Source: Alphaproteobacteria bacterium
Lineage (GTDB): Bacteria; Pseudomonadota; Alphaproteobacteria; UBA828
DNA: 64,000 nucleotides
Direction: 5' to 3'
Assembly: GCA_965220745.1 (NCBI GenBank)
Contig: CBDCQT010000013.1
Location: 320,001-384,000 of the forward strand
Below are positions 17,981 to 29,252 of the stretch, piece by piece. The translations under genes and the position numbers were made by a program. The notes below the pieces were generated by a model. The model was given only the letters and a program-made list of their open reading frames with translations, ran no database searches and had not been told where the DNA came from. Numbering within the stretch: the stretch's first letter is position 1; each line of letters begins with the position of its first letter.

Positions 17981-18925
17981 TCATTCGCGGAACTCGCGGA
18001 TCGCGCCGCGCTGCACCACCAGGCTTGCCGCGAGGACGATGGCGAGGCCGGGCACGGTCATCAGCGGCGGCGCGGGCTTGCCCAGCGCGAGGTCGAGCAG
18101 GAGCACGATTGCCGGCAGCGCGTAGCTGTAGGCCTGCACCCGGGTCGCGCCGATGCGGAGCGTTGTGTACTGGGTGATGAAGAAGGAAATGATGGTCGGA
18201 AAGATCGCGAGATAGACGATGCCGCCCAGCACCACCACCTCGACCCCGGACCAGTCGGTGCGCCAAAGCTTGACGTTGCTCGCCGCCACCAGCCAGAGCG
18301 CCGCCGCTACCAGGGTCCAGAAGGTCAGCACCAGGACCGGCTCGCCCCGATGCAGGCGCTTGATCATCGGGCCGTAGATGCCGAAGCCGATGCATCCGGC
18401 GAGGAAGATCCCGTCGCCGATGTTGACCTCGAGCCCGATCAGGCGCGCGGGGTCACCGCGGAAGATGATCCAGAGGGCGCCGATCATGCCGAGGAAAAGC
18501 GCGGCCAGACGATGGACGCCGAGCCGCTCGCCCACCAGCACCGCGCCGAAAATCGCGGAAAGGCCGGGCACGATGGTGAAGATCGCACTGGTGTTGAGGC
18601 CGCTCGTTGACCGCAACGCCTCGAACATGCACCAGAAGAAAAAGGCCAAGGGCGCGCCGAGCGCGAAATAGCGCAGGCACGACTTGGCGTCCGGCAGCTT
18701 CAGTCCTTCGCGCCAGGCCACGATCGGCGCCATGAGCAGCGCCGCGAGCACGAAGCGGATGCACATCATCACCGCGGGGTCGAGGCCGTGGGTGATGTGC
18801 TCGCCGAGCGGAAAGGACGCGGAGATGACGACGGTCATCAGGAAGGCGAGCACGTGCGCGTGCGCCTGGCCCGTGCGCGCCGGCCCGCTCGGGCTTGGCT
18901 CCGCCTGGGGAGTGTCCTGTCCCAT
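17981..18925 (-). CDS. DMT/EamA family transporter
   Basis: About 10 hydrophobic segments in two repeats; RF.LA and LVGERL motifs. Confidence 0.88.
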   Translation of the reverse strand: MGQDTPQAEPSPSGPARTGQAHAHVLAFLMTVVISASFPLGEHITHGLDPAVMMCIRFVLAALLMAPIVAWREGLKLPDAKSCLRYFALGAPLAFFFWCMFEALRSTSGLNTSAIFTIVPGLSAIFGAVLVGERLGVHRLAALFLGMIGALWIIFRGDPARLIGLEVNIGDGIFLAGCIGFGIYGPMIKRLHRGEPVLVLTFWTLVAAALWLVAASNVKLWRTDWSGVEVVVLGGIVYLAIFPTIISFFITQYTTLRIGATRVQAYSYALPAIVLLLDLALGKPAPPLMTVPGLAIVLAASLVVQRGAIREFRE

Positions 18926-19012
18926 GCCTCACACTATCGCCTGCATCACGGTGGGAAACAGCCCCGCTCCGGCGGAGCGGAGCGTCAGGCGGTCGAGCGC
19001 TCGCGCAGCGCG

Positions 19013-21094
19013 TTATGCATTCGCGCGCTCTCGGAGCGCGACAATGGCACCGAGCAGGACGAGGCCGTAGATGATGTTGCGCACGGCCTCGGGCAGCACC
19101 GTGCCCGACAGCATGATGCCGAGGCCGGTGAAGAGGATCGCGCCGCCCAGGATGCCCAGATAGTGGCCGCGGCCTCCGGTGATCAGCGTGCCGCCCAGCA
19201 CCACCACGGCGATGGACGAGAGCAGGTAGGGGTCACCCATGCCGTAGAACGCCTGGGCACTGAAGCCCGCGAGGAAGACCCCGACCAGAGCGGAGCAGAA
19301 GCCGCTCAGCACGTAGGCGCCGACGATGGGGAAGCCGGTGCGCACGCCGGAGAGGCGGCTCACCCGCTCGCTGTTACCCACGGCGAAGATACGCCGGCCC
19401 GGTGCGCTCCTGTTCAAGTAGAAGGTCGCGACGACGACGAAGGCGATGAGGAACCAACCGATGGGCGCGATGCCGGCGATGCGCCCGGTCACGAACCAGG
19501 CCAGCGCCGGCGGCGCCTTGCCGATGGGCGCGCCCGAGCTGAACAGCAGCGACACGCCCTCCAGGATGCCGTTCATGGCGAGCGTCACGATGATCGGCGA
19601 GAGCCCGAAGAGGACGATGGTCATGCCGTTGAGGAAGCCGATGGCGATGCCGATCGCGAGCGACACCGGAATCACCCACACCGCCGGCGCGTCGAGGCCG
19701 TTGCAGAGTGTGGTGACCACAATGGCCGGGAAGGTCATGGTCCAGGGGACCGAGAGGTCGAGCCCGCCGGTGATGATGACCGTGCCCTGCCCGAGGCCGA
19801 GGATCGCCAGGAAGGCGGTCAGGATCAGCATGGCGTTGAGGTAGGCGAGTGGCGAGAAGTCTCCGCCGAAGATGCCGATCGTCGCGCCCAGGATCACGAT
19901 GTAGATGAGGTAGGCGGGCACGGCGAAGCGCAGCACCGCTCGATGCCGGTCGAGCCAGGGGACGGCGACGGTGCCGGCGCCGCCCGCCGGCGGGTCCAGC
20001 CCGCCGAGGCGGATCGGCTCGCCCACGACGCGCAGCTTGGAGGGGAGCGAGGACTCCTTGAGCGCCCGCAGCGTCGCCCGCCAGAAGCGCGTGATCTCCA
20101 CCACCGGGGAATCACGGCCGAGGGAGAAGCCGAGCACGGCGAGGAGCAGGATCACGCCCTCGACGATCGGCGTGTAATAGGTGCGCACGCCGAGCACGAG
20201 GAAGATGTTGACCACGACGGTGAGCGTCAGGGCGCCGAAGATGGTGCCGACGGCGCCGCCCCGGCCGCCGCCGATCAGCGTGCCGCCCAGCACCACAGCC
20301 GCGAAGATCTGCAGCAGCATCTTGGCGCCGATCAGCGGGTCGCCGCCGCCCATGTTGGCGGTGATGAAGAGGCCGGCGGCGCCGTAGCACATGCCGGCGA
20401 AGGTGAAGGTGAGGAAACGCGTGCGGCGTACGTCGACCCCGTTGGCCTCGGCCGATCCCGCATCGCTGCCGATAGCGTAGATGCCGGTGCCGATGCGCGT
20501 GTTCTTGAGCAGCAGCCAGAACAGGATGGCGACCGCAAGGACGACGACCGGCGCGGGCAGGCCCTCGGTGATGACATCGCCGGTGAAGACCAGGCTGAAG
20601 TCCCACGGCATTTCGCCGCCGGGGAACTTGAGCACCAGCAGCGCCGCACCCTGGGCGATGAACATGGTGGCGAGCGTCACCACGATCGACTGCAGGCGCA
20701 CGTAGGCGACGAGGAAGCCGTTAAGTGCGCCGATGGCGGCGCCCAGGCCAAGCGCGATGACCAGCGCAACCAGGGTGAAGAGGCCGGTCCCCATGTCGGC
20801 GGCAGGGCCGAGCTGGGTAACCAGGACCACGTTGACCAGCGAGATCACCGCGCCCGCCGAGAGGTCGAGCCCGCCGGCGAGGATGACGATGGTCTCGCCG
20901 AGCGCAGCGAGTGCGAGGGTCGCGGCGCTCGCGCTGATGCTGCTGATGTCGAAATACGCGATGCCCTGGCCGGTGATGAGCTGTAGCGCGATCATGGTCG
21001 CGGCAAACACGGCGATGGCAATGATTGTGCCGCGCTGGCGCGACCAGCTGAACGGCGGCAGGTAGGATGCGCGTAGCGCGCCCGGCGGCGTCAT
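19013..21094 (-). CDS. Fused double-domain sugar (CUT2/RbsC-like) ABC permease, 693 aa
   Basis: Two copies of the GGLDLS / G..I.A.G....S...GV / VLGGTLI.GGRG motifs in one frame; ATGA overlap with the ATPase stop at 21091. Confidence 0.85.
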   Translation of the reverse strand: MTPPGALRASYLPPFSWSRQRGTIIAIAVFAATMIALQLITGQGIAYFDISSISASAATLALAALGETIVILAGGLDLSAGAVISLVNVVLVTQLGPAADMGTGLFTLVALVIALGLGAAIGALNGFLVAYVRLQSIVVTLATMFIAQGAALLVLKFPGGEMPWDFSLVFTGDVITEGLPAPVVVLAVAILFWLLLKNTRIGTGIYAIGSDAGSAEANGVDVRRTRFLTFTFAGMCYGAAGLFITANMGGGDPLIGAKMLLQIFAAVVLGGTLIGGGRGGAVGTIFGALTLTVVVNIFLVLGVRTYYTPIVEGVILLLAVLGFSLGRDSPVVEITRFWRATLRALKESSLPSKLRVVGEPIRLGGLDPPAGGAGTVAVPWLDRHRAVLRFAVPAYLIYIVILGATIGIFGGDFSPLAYLNAMLILTAFLAILGLGQGTVIITGGLDLSVPWTMTFPAIVVTTLCNGLDAPAVWVIPVSLAIGIAIGFLNGMTIVLFGLSPIIVTLAMNGILEGVSLLFSSGAPIGKAPPALAWFVTGRIAGIAPIGWFLIAFVVVATFYLNRSAPGRRIFAVGNSERVSRLSGVRTGFPIVGAYVLSGFCSALVGVFLAGFSAQAFYGMGDPYLLSSIAVVVLGGTLITGGRGHYLGILGGAILFTGLGIMLSGTVLPEAVRNIIYGLVLLGAIVALRERANA

Positions 21095-22614
21095 CGCGAG
21101 CCCTCGCCGAGTGCTGCGCGCATGATGCTGGCCTCGGTGATCTCGGCCCCGGTGAGCGAGGCTGCCTTGCGACCGCGGTAGATCACCATCACGGAATCGC
21201 AGAGGTTCACCAGCTCCGGCACGTCGGTGGAGTAGTAGAGCACCGCGCCGCCCGCATCGGCGTAGGCCCGCACGAGGGCGTAGATCTCCGCCTTGGTGCC
21301 GACATCGACGCCGCGTGTGGGGTCGTACATGAGCAGCACGCGGCTCTCGGCCAGCAGCCACTTGGCGATGGCGATCTTCTGCTGGTTGCCGCCGCTGAAG
21401 ACGTTGCACGCGCTGTAGAGGGCGCGTCGGTCGACCTGCACCATGTCGAGCGCGCGGCCCACCGCTTGCGCTTCCTGCTCCAGGTTCACGAGGCCGAAGC
21501 GCACGCAGCGGTCGATGATGGGGAGCGAGATGTTCTCCCGCCCCGTCAGCGCGAGAAAGAGCGCTTCGGTCTTGCGGTCTTCCGGCACGAAGCTGATGCC
21601 GATGCGGCTGTTCACGGCGTCCTTCGGCGTGCGCAAGGTCACCCGCTGATCACCGATGCGGATGTCGCCGGCGCTGAGCCCCACCATGCCGAAGAGCGCG
21701 AGAAAGAGGTCGCGCTGGCCCATGCCTTCCAGCCCGCCGACGCCGAGAATCTCGCCAGACCAGAGATCGAAGGAGAAGTCCTGGACGCCGCCCTCGATGG
21801 CCAGGCCGTCGCCGGCCAGGATCGGCGTCTCTCCGCGCCGAGCCGGCTGCGCCGGCCTGGGCGGAAACGTCGCCGCAAGCGAGCGCCCGATCACCAGCTC
21901 GATCACGCGGTCGTCGGAGATTTCATCCGCCCTGAAGCTCCCCACCATGCGGCCGTTGCGCAGGATGGTCAGGCTGTCGCAAAAATCCCGCACCTCCTGC
22001 ATTCGGTGAGAGATGAAGACGATGGTCGTCCCTTCCGCGCGCAGCCGGTCGAAGAGCGCGCCCAGCCACTGCACGTCGTTGCCGGAGAGGGACGAGGTGG
22101 GCTCGTCGAGCAGCAGCAACTGAGGCTTGCGAGAGACGGCGCGGGCGATCTCGATTTTCTGCTGCGTCGGAAGCGCCAGCGTCCGCACCTCGGCGTGGAG
22201 GTCGATGTCGTCGAGGCCGAGGTCGGCGAGGGCGCGCCGCACGCGCTGCTCGGACTCGCGCCGCTTGATGTTGCCGCTCGGGCCTGTCGGCTCGTAGGGC
22301 AGCAGCATGTTCTGCACGACCGTGAGGTCGCCGATCAGCGAAATCTCCTGGTAGGCGGTCTGGATTCCGAGCCGATGGGAATCCCTTGGCGTATGAATGT
22401 GTGCGGGGCTGTCGAACAAGGCGATCTCGCCGGCGTCCGGCCGGCTGAGGCCGCTCAGGATCTTGACCAGCGTCGACTTGCCCGCACCGTTCTCGCCAAG
22501 GAGCGCATGGACTTCGCCGCGCGGAATGGCGAGCGAGACGTCGTCGAGCGCGACGGTCGCGCCGAAAGCCTTGCTCAGGCCATGGGTCTCTACCGCCGGC
22601 GCCTGCTCATCCAT
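21091..22614 (-). CDS. Sugar ABC transporter ATPase (RbsA-like, two NBDs)
   Basis: GENGAGKST, LDEPTSSL, ISHR, VPEDRK, SGGNQQK, DPTRGVDVG. Confidence 0.93.
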   Translation of the reverse strand: MDEQAPAVETHGLSKAFGATVALDDVSLAIPRGEVHALLGENGAGKSTLVKILSGLSRPDAGEIALFDSPAHIHTPRDSHRLGIQTAYQEISLIGDLTVVQNMLLPYEPTGPSGNIKRRESEQRVRRALADLGLDDIDLHAEVRTLALPTQQKIEIARAVSRKPQLLLLDEPTSSLSGNDVQWLGALFDRLRAEGTTIVFISHRMQEVRDFCDSLTILRNGRMVGSFRADEISDDRVIELVIGRSLAATFPPRPAQPARRGETPILAGDGLAIEGGVQDFSFDLWSGEILGVGGLEGMGQRDLFLALFGMVGLSAGDIRIGDQRVTLRTPKDAVNSRIGISFVPEDRKTEALFLALTGRENISLPIIDRCVRFGLVNLEQEAQAVGRALDMVQVDRRALYSACNVFSGGNQQKIAIAKWLLAESRVLLMYDPTRGVDVGTKAEIYALVRAYADAGGAVLYYSTDVPELVNLCDSVMVIYRGRKAASLTGAEITEASIMRAALGEGSR

Positions 22615-22741
22615 TGCCGGCTTCCGCGCGCCGCCGCCCGGTCATACCGAGGCACGAGGCGCAGCGACGAGCGCTGCGCCCCTCACGCCTCCGATCCGGC
22701 CGAGACCGGTCCGGCCCGCCAGCGCTGCCTTGGGGTTGCGA

Positions 22742-23863
22742 TCAGCTACCGTCGGGCACCTTGCCCTCGAGCGCGGAATAGACGTCGAGCTCCGGAACCT
22801 GCGAATGCCAGACGTCGATGAAGTAGTTCGACGGTGCGACGGAAAGCGGCACCGCATTGCAGGACCACTCCTTGGAGGTGAGCTCGGCCTTGTCTCCCGT
22901 GTCGCAGAGCTCCGTCTGCCCCGGCGTGACCAGGGGCATCGGGATTTCGGCGAAGCGCGGGATCTCGGCGCCGTCGAACTTTGCCATCCCGAGCTTGAAG
23001 GCATACGGCGCGGCCCAGGGCGGCGAGCCCATGGAGGCGCTGCGCAGCCCGTAAGCGCCCTCGGTCGTCCCCGGCGCGAGCTGGGCCACGCGGTGGCCGT
23101 TGGTGCCGTTGCCGGCGCAGGGCTTGAGCGAATCGCCGCGGCCTGCGTCCACCTGCATCTGGGTGAAGACGTAGCAGCCGGTCTGAGTCCACAGGCCGTC
23201 GATCTTGTCCCAGCCGTGGGTGGCCACGATCTCGGTCAGCTTCTGCTTCGCCGTGGCGTTGTTCCACATGCTCGGCGTGTCGGCGATGATCGTGATGTCC
23301 GGGAACTCGGCGAATACCGCTTTGGCCGCGGAGTTCCGCCGCAGGTCGACCATGTTGCCGGGGATGCCGCCCATGAAGACGATGTTGCCCTTGCCGCCAA
23401 GCTCCTCGGCCAGCCACTCGGCCGGGCCTGCGCCGGCCCAGTCCTGATTGATGCCGACGTGATGGGCGCAAGGCTCGGTAACCTGGGCGTCGAAGGTGAT
23501 AAAGACCACGCCCCGGCGGCAGGCGTTGCGAATGGCGCGGTTGAGCGCGGTCGGCGAGATCGCCCAGGAGACGATGACCTGCGCGCCGGCCTGCACCATG
23601 GCGTTGATCTGCTGGATCTGGGTCTGCGCATTGCCGCGCGCGGACTGGATTTCAATGTCCACCCGGTCCTTGTAGTCCTTGGTCCCGGCTATCGAGCTCA
23701 GCAGGTTGGTGGACGCATCCATCCAGGTGTTGCCCTCGAAACCCAGGCTCACATAGACCTTGATCTTGTCTTGTGCGGTGGCGGTTGCGACCGGCACCAT
23801 GCCACCCGCGAGAAACGCCAGCGCCGCAGCACCGAGCGCCGCATTGCGCAGAATTGTCTTCAT
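22742..23863 (-). CDS. Sugar-type (CUT2) ABC substrate-binding protein
   Basis: Signal peptide after MKTILR with a GGAGG RBS; QIQQIN.MV, AEWLAE.LGGKGNIV...GIPG. Confidence 0.88.
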   Translation of the reverse strand: MKTILRNAALGAAALAFLAGGMVPVATATAQDKIKVYVSLGFEGNTWMDASTNLLSSIAGTKDYKDRVDIEIQSARGNAQTQIQQINAMVQAGAQVIVSWAISPTALNRAIRNACRRGVVFITFDAQVTEPCAHHVGINQDWAGAGPAEWLAEELGGKGNIVFMGGIPGNMVDLRRNSAAKAVFAEFPDITIIADTPSMWNNATAKQKLTEIVATHGWDKIDGLWTQTGCYVFTQMQVDAGRGDSLKPCAGNGTNGHRVAQLAPGTTEGAYGLRSASMGSPPWAAPYAFKLGMAKFDGAEIPRFAEIPMPLVTPGQTELCDTGDKAELTSKEWSCNAVPLSVAPSNYFIDVWHSQVPELDVYSALEGKVPDGS

Positions 23864-24028
23864 TTCCGTAACCTCCTGTTTGTTTCGCCGGCCGCGCGCG
23901 CACTCTTGTTGTTGACCGTTGGCGGACACGCCTCCCTTTCCGGCACCGCAATCATAGGCGGTGCATTCTCATCGGGACAAGCGGGAGGGAATTGGCCTGG
24001 CCGAACCAGGCGGCTTTTCGTGCGCGGG

Positions 24029-24547
24029 TTAGAACGGCTGCGTGAGCATCGGGAAGCTTTGATCGCAGTTCGTGAGATCGACCCGCTTGAGGCGGATGCG
24101 CAGCCGCTCGTCCTCATGCACGATGGTGTGGGAGTAGCGGCCGCCGAAGACGCGCTGCGGATTGCCGGGGCGGTCCTCGACCATCACGAACTTCGAGCGG
24201 ACCAGCCAGGCGCCCTCCGAAGTCACCTCGTCGAGCCGGGTACCCGAGATCACGCGCACGCAGTTGGATGGCGGGCTCTGGCAGTGGATGCGGGGATGAT
24301 TGAGGCGCTGGACGCGGACCCGCATCGTGTGCTTGTCGTCGTAGAAGAGCGAGACGTGGTCCAGCCAGCTCTCCTGCTCCGGCGTGGCGGGCACCCAGTA
24401 GGCGGCGTCCTCCGTGTAGAGATCGCACCACTCGTCGAAGCGCCGCTCGTCCAGCAGCTCCGCCTCGTGCTCGATGAAGCGCCGCAGCTCCTCGAGCCGC
24501 ACGGCGTTCGAGCCCGCGACGGCGCGCATGTCAGCGGTGACGCTCAT
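24029..24547 (-). CDS. Aromatic ring-hydroxylating oxygenase beta subunit
   Basis: FIEHEAELLDERRF.EW..LY..DA.YWVP, RIRLKRVDLTNCD; ATGA overlap with the alpha-subunit stop. Confidence 0.92.
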   Translation of the reverse strand: MSVTADMRAVAGSNAVRLEELRRFIEHEAELLDERRFDEWCDLYTEDAAYWVPATPEQESWLDHVSLFYDDKHTMRVRVQRLNHPRIHCQSPPSNCVRVISGTRLDEVTSEGAWLVRSKFVMVEDRPGNPQRVFGGRYSHTIVHEDERLRIRLKRVDLTNCDQSFPMLTQPF

Positions 24548-25827
24548 GCGCCCATCAGGTCGCGCCACGCCTCGTGCTGGGCGCGCTGGCCGACCTCGCT
24601 GGAGCGGGGGCCAAAGAACACCCCATCGCCCTCGTCGATCTCGGCGCCGAGACCGCGGGCGACCAGCACCCAGTCGGTGCCCTGGGTCCTGAGCCCCTCC
24701 TGGCAGCGCTCGAAGGCCTCCATGTCGTCGGACTGGATGAACGAGGCGGCGGCATGCGTCATGTTCACGAAGCGCACGAGGTCGTCGGAGATGCTCTCGG
24801 GCGCACCCTTGAGCCGCACCGGCCAGACCTCGACCTCGGTGAAGTCCACCGCCACCGGCCGGATCACCCGCACCGAAGTCTGCGCCAGCAGAATGTCGGA
24901 GCTGGGGAAGAAGGTCATGCTGTGACGGCGGTTCTTGAGGATGTCTGCCGTGCGCTCCTCGCCGTAGCGATCCACCAGGATGGCGCGGTAATCGTCCCAG
25001 TGCCCGCCCGACTGCTCCTTGTCGAAGAGCGAGGCCTCGGAGCTGTGCCGGTTGTTAAGGCCGCGCACACCGGTCTGAGCCACGATGGCCTCGCCGTTGG
25101 GGGCGAAGAACGCCGCATCGCCACCTTCGTCGCCGGCGCGGCGCTTGAACTGCCGGCCGTCGGGGCCGACGGTCGACGCGTGGCAGGCGGCGGGGTGGTA
25201 CATGTCCGCCAGGTTCTCGAGCTGGAGCTTCCAGTTGCCGCGATAGTGATAGCGGTGGCAGCCGGCGGAGAGCGCCACCTCGCCCTCCGGCGAGCGGTCG
25301 ACCAGCTCGTCGATGCCGCGCCGGGCTTCAGCCAGATAGTCCAGCAGGGGCTCGGCGTCCGCGTTGAACGAGGCGAACACGAAGCCGCGATAGCTCTCCA
25401 CCCGCGGCAGCCGCGCCATGCCGAACTGCGCGTCCTTGAGTGGCTCCTCGGGGAAGTCCTTGCGCATGGGCACGCCGGCGAGCGCGCCGTTCGGCCGGAA
25501 ACTCCAGCCGTGATACATGCAGGTGAAGACCTTGGCGTTGCCGCGCTCGCGGTTGAGCACCTTGGCGCCGCGATGGCCGCAGCGGTTGAACAGCACGCAG
25601 ATGCCGTCGTCCTTGTGGCGGCTCAGCACCACCGGCTGGCGGGCGAGGTGGGTGCAGTAGTAGTCGCCGGGGTTCGGCACCAGGCTCTCGTGGCCGACGT
25701 AGAGCCAGACCCGGCGGAAGATCTTCTCCATCTCGATCTCGAAGATCGCCGGGTCGATGTACATGGCGCGGTGCACCCGGTCGGGCCGCACCATCTCCCG
25801 CAACTCGTCGCTGGTATAGCCGGCCAT
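24544..25827 (-). CDS. Aromatic ring-hydroxylating oxygenase alpha subunit (Rieske + mononuclear Fe)
   Basis: NRCGHRG...CMYHGW Rieske motif; NWK...EN..DMYH....H; DDME.FERCQ.G. Confidence 0.93.
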   Translation of the reverse strand: MAGYTSDELREMVRPDRVHRAMYIDPAIFEIEMEKIFRRVWLYVGHESLVPNPGDYYCTHLARQPVVLSRHKDDGICVLFNRCGHRGAKVLNRERGNAKVFTCMYHGWSFRPNGALAGVPMRKDFPEEPLKDAQFGMARLPRVESYRGFVFASFNADAEPLLDYLAEARRGIDELVDRSPEGEVALSAGCHRYHYRGNWKLQLENLADMYHPAACHASTVGPDGRQFKRRAGDEGGDAAFFAPNGEAIVAQTGVRGLNNRHSSEASLFDKEQSGGHWDDYRAILVDRYGEERTADILKNRRHSMTFFPSSDILLAQTSVRVIRPVAVDFTEVEVWPVRLKGAPESISDDLVRFVNMTHAAASFIQSDDMEAFERCQEGLRTQGTDWVLVARGLGAEIDEGDGVFFGPRSSEVGQRAQHEAWRDLMGA

Positions 25828-25875
25828 CGCTCCCTCCGCCCCGTGCCGACACGGGAGCATCTTAGCCCGGATTCC

Positions 25876-27534
25876 TCAGTCGTCGAGCAGCGGACCTCTT
25901 GCTTGGCGTGCTTCGGCGAAGTTGTCGGCGAGGTGGTGGGCGGCGCGGTAGGCGAGGGCGCAGATGGTGCTCGTCGGATTGATGGCCGCGCCGGTCGCCA
26001 TCACGCTGCCGTCGGTGATGTAGAGATTGGGGCAGTCCCAGGCCTGGTGCCACCTGGTGACGACAGAGGTTTCGGGATCGTCCCCCATGCGCGCGGTGCC
26101 GAGCAGGTGCCAGGCTGGCGGCGCGTAGACGCCGTTCGCGTCGCGGAAGGGATTGACCTTGATGTCCCAGGCGTCCATCGCGCCCGCCAGCTCCGCGGCT
26201 CGGTCGATGCCGAAGCGCGCGAGCCGGGCGTCGTTCTCGCACATGCCGTAGGCGATGCGGGGCGCCGGCAGCCCGGAGGAATCGGCCACGGTGTCGGAGA
26301 GGGTGACGCGGTTGTCCGGCCGGGGCAGGTCGTCGCCCACGATGAGGATACCGATGCCGTGCCCGAAGTGCCGGGCGAACCACGCGTGGTGATCCGCGCC
26401 CCACGGCGCCATGTTGCCAGAGTGCGAGCCCAGCGCCTGATAGCCCGCACCGTTCTGCCGCACGATGTGCAGCGTGAAGCCGTTGACGAAGCCGCGTGCC
26501 GTGTCGCTCTCTGCGAACTCCTCGCAGATCGCGATGGCGGAAATCAGGCCCTTGTGCGCCTCGGTCGGTGCGTCGACCCAGCACTCCACCATACCGAGGG
26601 TGTGGTGCATCAGATTGCGGCCGACCTGATCGGAGCGGTTGGCGAGTCCGTTCGGATGCGCCGCGCTCTCCGACAGTAGCAGCAGGCGCGGCGTGCCGAC
26701 GCCGTTGGCGGCGAGGATCACGACATCCGCCGTCTGGACATGGCGCACGCCTGTGTTGCGCTCGACGTAGACGACGCCGGTGGCGCGGCCCGACGCATCC
26801 GTCTCGATGCGCTCCACGCGGCTGTCGGTGCGCAGCTCGACGCCCGCCGCAAGGGCCTTCGGCCAGTGGGTCACGGCCATGTCGTTGAGCGAGCCGCGCG
26901 GGCAGCCGCTCTGGCAGGCGCCGCAGTTGTTGCAGGCGAGGCGGCCGTCGTATCCCTCCGCGAGGATGGCGCAGGGCATGGGCCACCAGTGCCAGCCGAG
27001 CTTGTCGAAGCCACGCGTCACGACCTCGCCCATGGCGCCGCGCGGGCCGGGCCGGGTTTGGAAGGGGCCGCGCGGCGGCATCGCCGGATCGCCCGGCCAG
27101 CCGGAGACGCCGCAGGCCTCGTCCGCCATCTCGAAATAGGGCGCGAGGTCCTCGTAGGCGATGGGCCAGTCCGGCGCGAGGCCGTGCTCGGCGCCCTTAC
27201 GAAAGTCCGAGGGGCGATAGCGCGGCCATGTGGCCGTGTAGATGCCCGTGGAGCCGCCGACGCCGTTCCACATCAGCGTCGTCTCGTCGGTACTGTCCAC
27301 CGGGTAGTCGTGCGGGTGCGCGCGCACGTTGACGGCGATCGACCAGTCGGTGGCGCGACGCCATTCCCAGTCGCGCCCGTGATGAGGACGCTCGGCCGGC
27401 GGGAACCAGGAGCCCTGCTCCAGGCAGACCACCTTGATGCCCTTCCTGGCCAGCACGGCGGCGGGAATCACGCCGCCGGGGCCGGAGCCGACGATGACGA
27501 CGTCGGCGTGGTCGTGGGTGGTGCGCTCTGCCAT
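25876..27534 (-). CDS. GMC-family oxidoreductase (FAD-dependent dehydrogenase large subunit)
   Basis: VGSGPGG, VGGST, CNNCGACQSGCP Fe-S motif, VGRNLM.H, HLLGTARMG, NPTSTI.ALA. Confidence 0.92.
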   Translation of the reverse strand: MAERTTHDHADVVIVGSGPGGVIPAAVLARKGIKVVCLEQGSWFPPAERPHHGRDWEWRRATDWSIAVNVRAHPHDYPVDSTDETTLMWNGVGGSTGIYTATWPRYRPSDFRKGAEHGLAPDWPIAYEDLAPYFEMADEACGVSGWPGDPAMPPRGPFQTRPGPRGAMGEVVTRGFDKLGWHWWPMPCAILAEGYDGRLACNNCGACQSGCPRGSLNDMAVTHWPKALAAGVELRTDSRVERIETDASGRATGVVYVERNTGVRHVQTADVVILAANGVGTPRLLLLSESAAHPNGLANRSDQVGRNLMHHTLGMVECWVDAPTEAHKGLISAIAICEEFAESDTARGFVNGFTLHIVRQNGAGYQALGSHSGNMAPWGADHHAWFARHFGHGIGILIVGDDLPRPDNRVTLSDTVADSSGLPAPRIAYGMCENDARLARFGIDRAAELAGAMDAWDIKVNPFRDANGVYAPPAWHLLGTARMGDDPETSVVTRWHQAWDCPNLYITDGSVMATGAAINPTSTICALAYRAAHHLADNFAEARQARGPLLDD

Positions 27535-27546
27535 GAGCCGCCCGCC

Positions 27547-28626
<1,080 letters not shown>

Positions 28627-28635
28627 GACCCGCCC

Positions 28636-29250
28636 CTATGTCCCGTCGTCCGCCGGGCCGGCGCCTGCCCGGCCGGCCGGCTTGCTCCCCGCGCCCTTGG
28701 CGATGGCGCCGCGGCCGGTCGCCACCGCGTCGTCCTGGGTAATCGTTTCCGGTGCGAGCGGTTCGGCCGGCAACGGCGTGAGGTCGAGGCGCGTCACATC
28801 GTCCGTCCCCACATAGTGGCCGCGCCGGTGCGCGGGCGCCTGATGCGGGTCGCTCTCGTCGAAGGCCGCCATGACGTAGCCCGCTGGCTGAGGCGCGTCG
28901 TTGTAGACATGGCCGAGGGAGCGGACGGCGCGCACCACGGCGGGGCTCTCGTAATAGGCGAGGTAGGCGATCATCCGAAGCGTCTCGAATTGCTCTGGGT
29001 GATCCGCCTCGAAGCGCCGCACGACGTCTTGCCGTTCCGTTGCTCCCAACGGCCCGAGCGGACCGCCGCAGGCCTCGATGGTCTGTGCCAGATCGTCCAG
29101 CGCAGCCTCGCCCGACCGCGCCACCAGCCGGTCAGCCACCACGCCGTGAGTGCCGACATCGCTCGCGGCCGGGAAGCGCCCGTCGCCCGGAAGCAGCACG
29201 TCCACCAGCTCTCGCAGCATGGCCGCCATCGCGGCGGGATCGGTCGCCAT
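28636..29250 (-). CDS. Gluconate 2-dehydrogenase subunit 3-like small partner of the GMC enzyme
   Basis: LVDVLLPGDG.FPAASD, F..LR...YLAYY..P.V motif; real start MATDP lies just after the permease stop, so the 429-aa ORF-track version is over-extended. Confidence 0.6.
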   Translation of the reverse strand: MATDPAAMAAMLRELVDVLLPGDGRFPAASDVGTHGVVADRLVARSGEAALDDLAQTIEACGGPLGPLGATERQDVVRRFEADHPEQFETLRMIAYLAYYESPAVVRAVRSLGHVYNDAPQPAGYVMAAFDESDPHQAPAHRRGHYVGTDDVTRLDLTPLPAEPLAPETITQDDAVATGRGAIAKGAGSKPAGRAGAGPADDGT

Positions 29251-29252
29251 CG

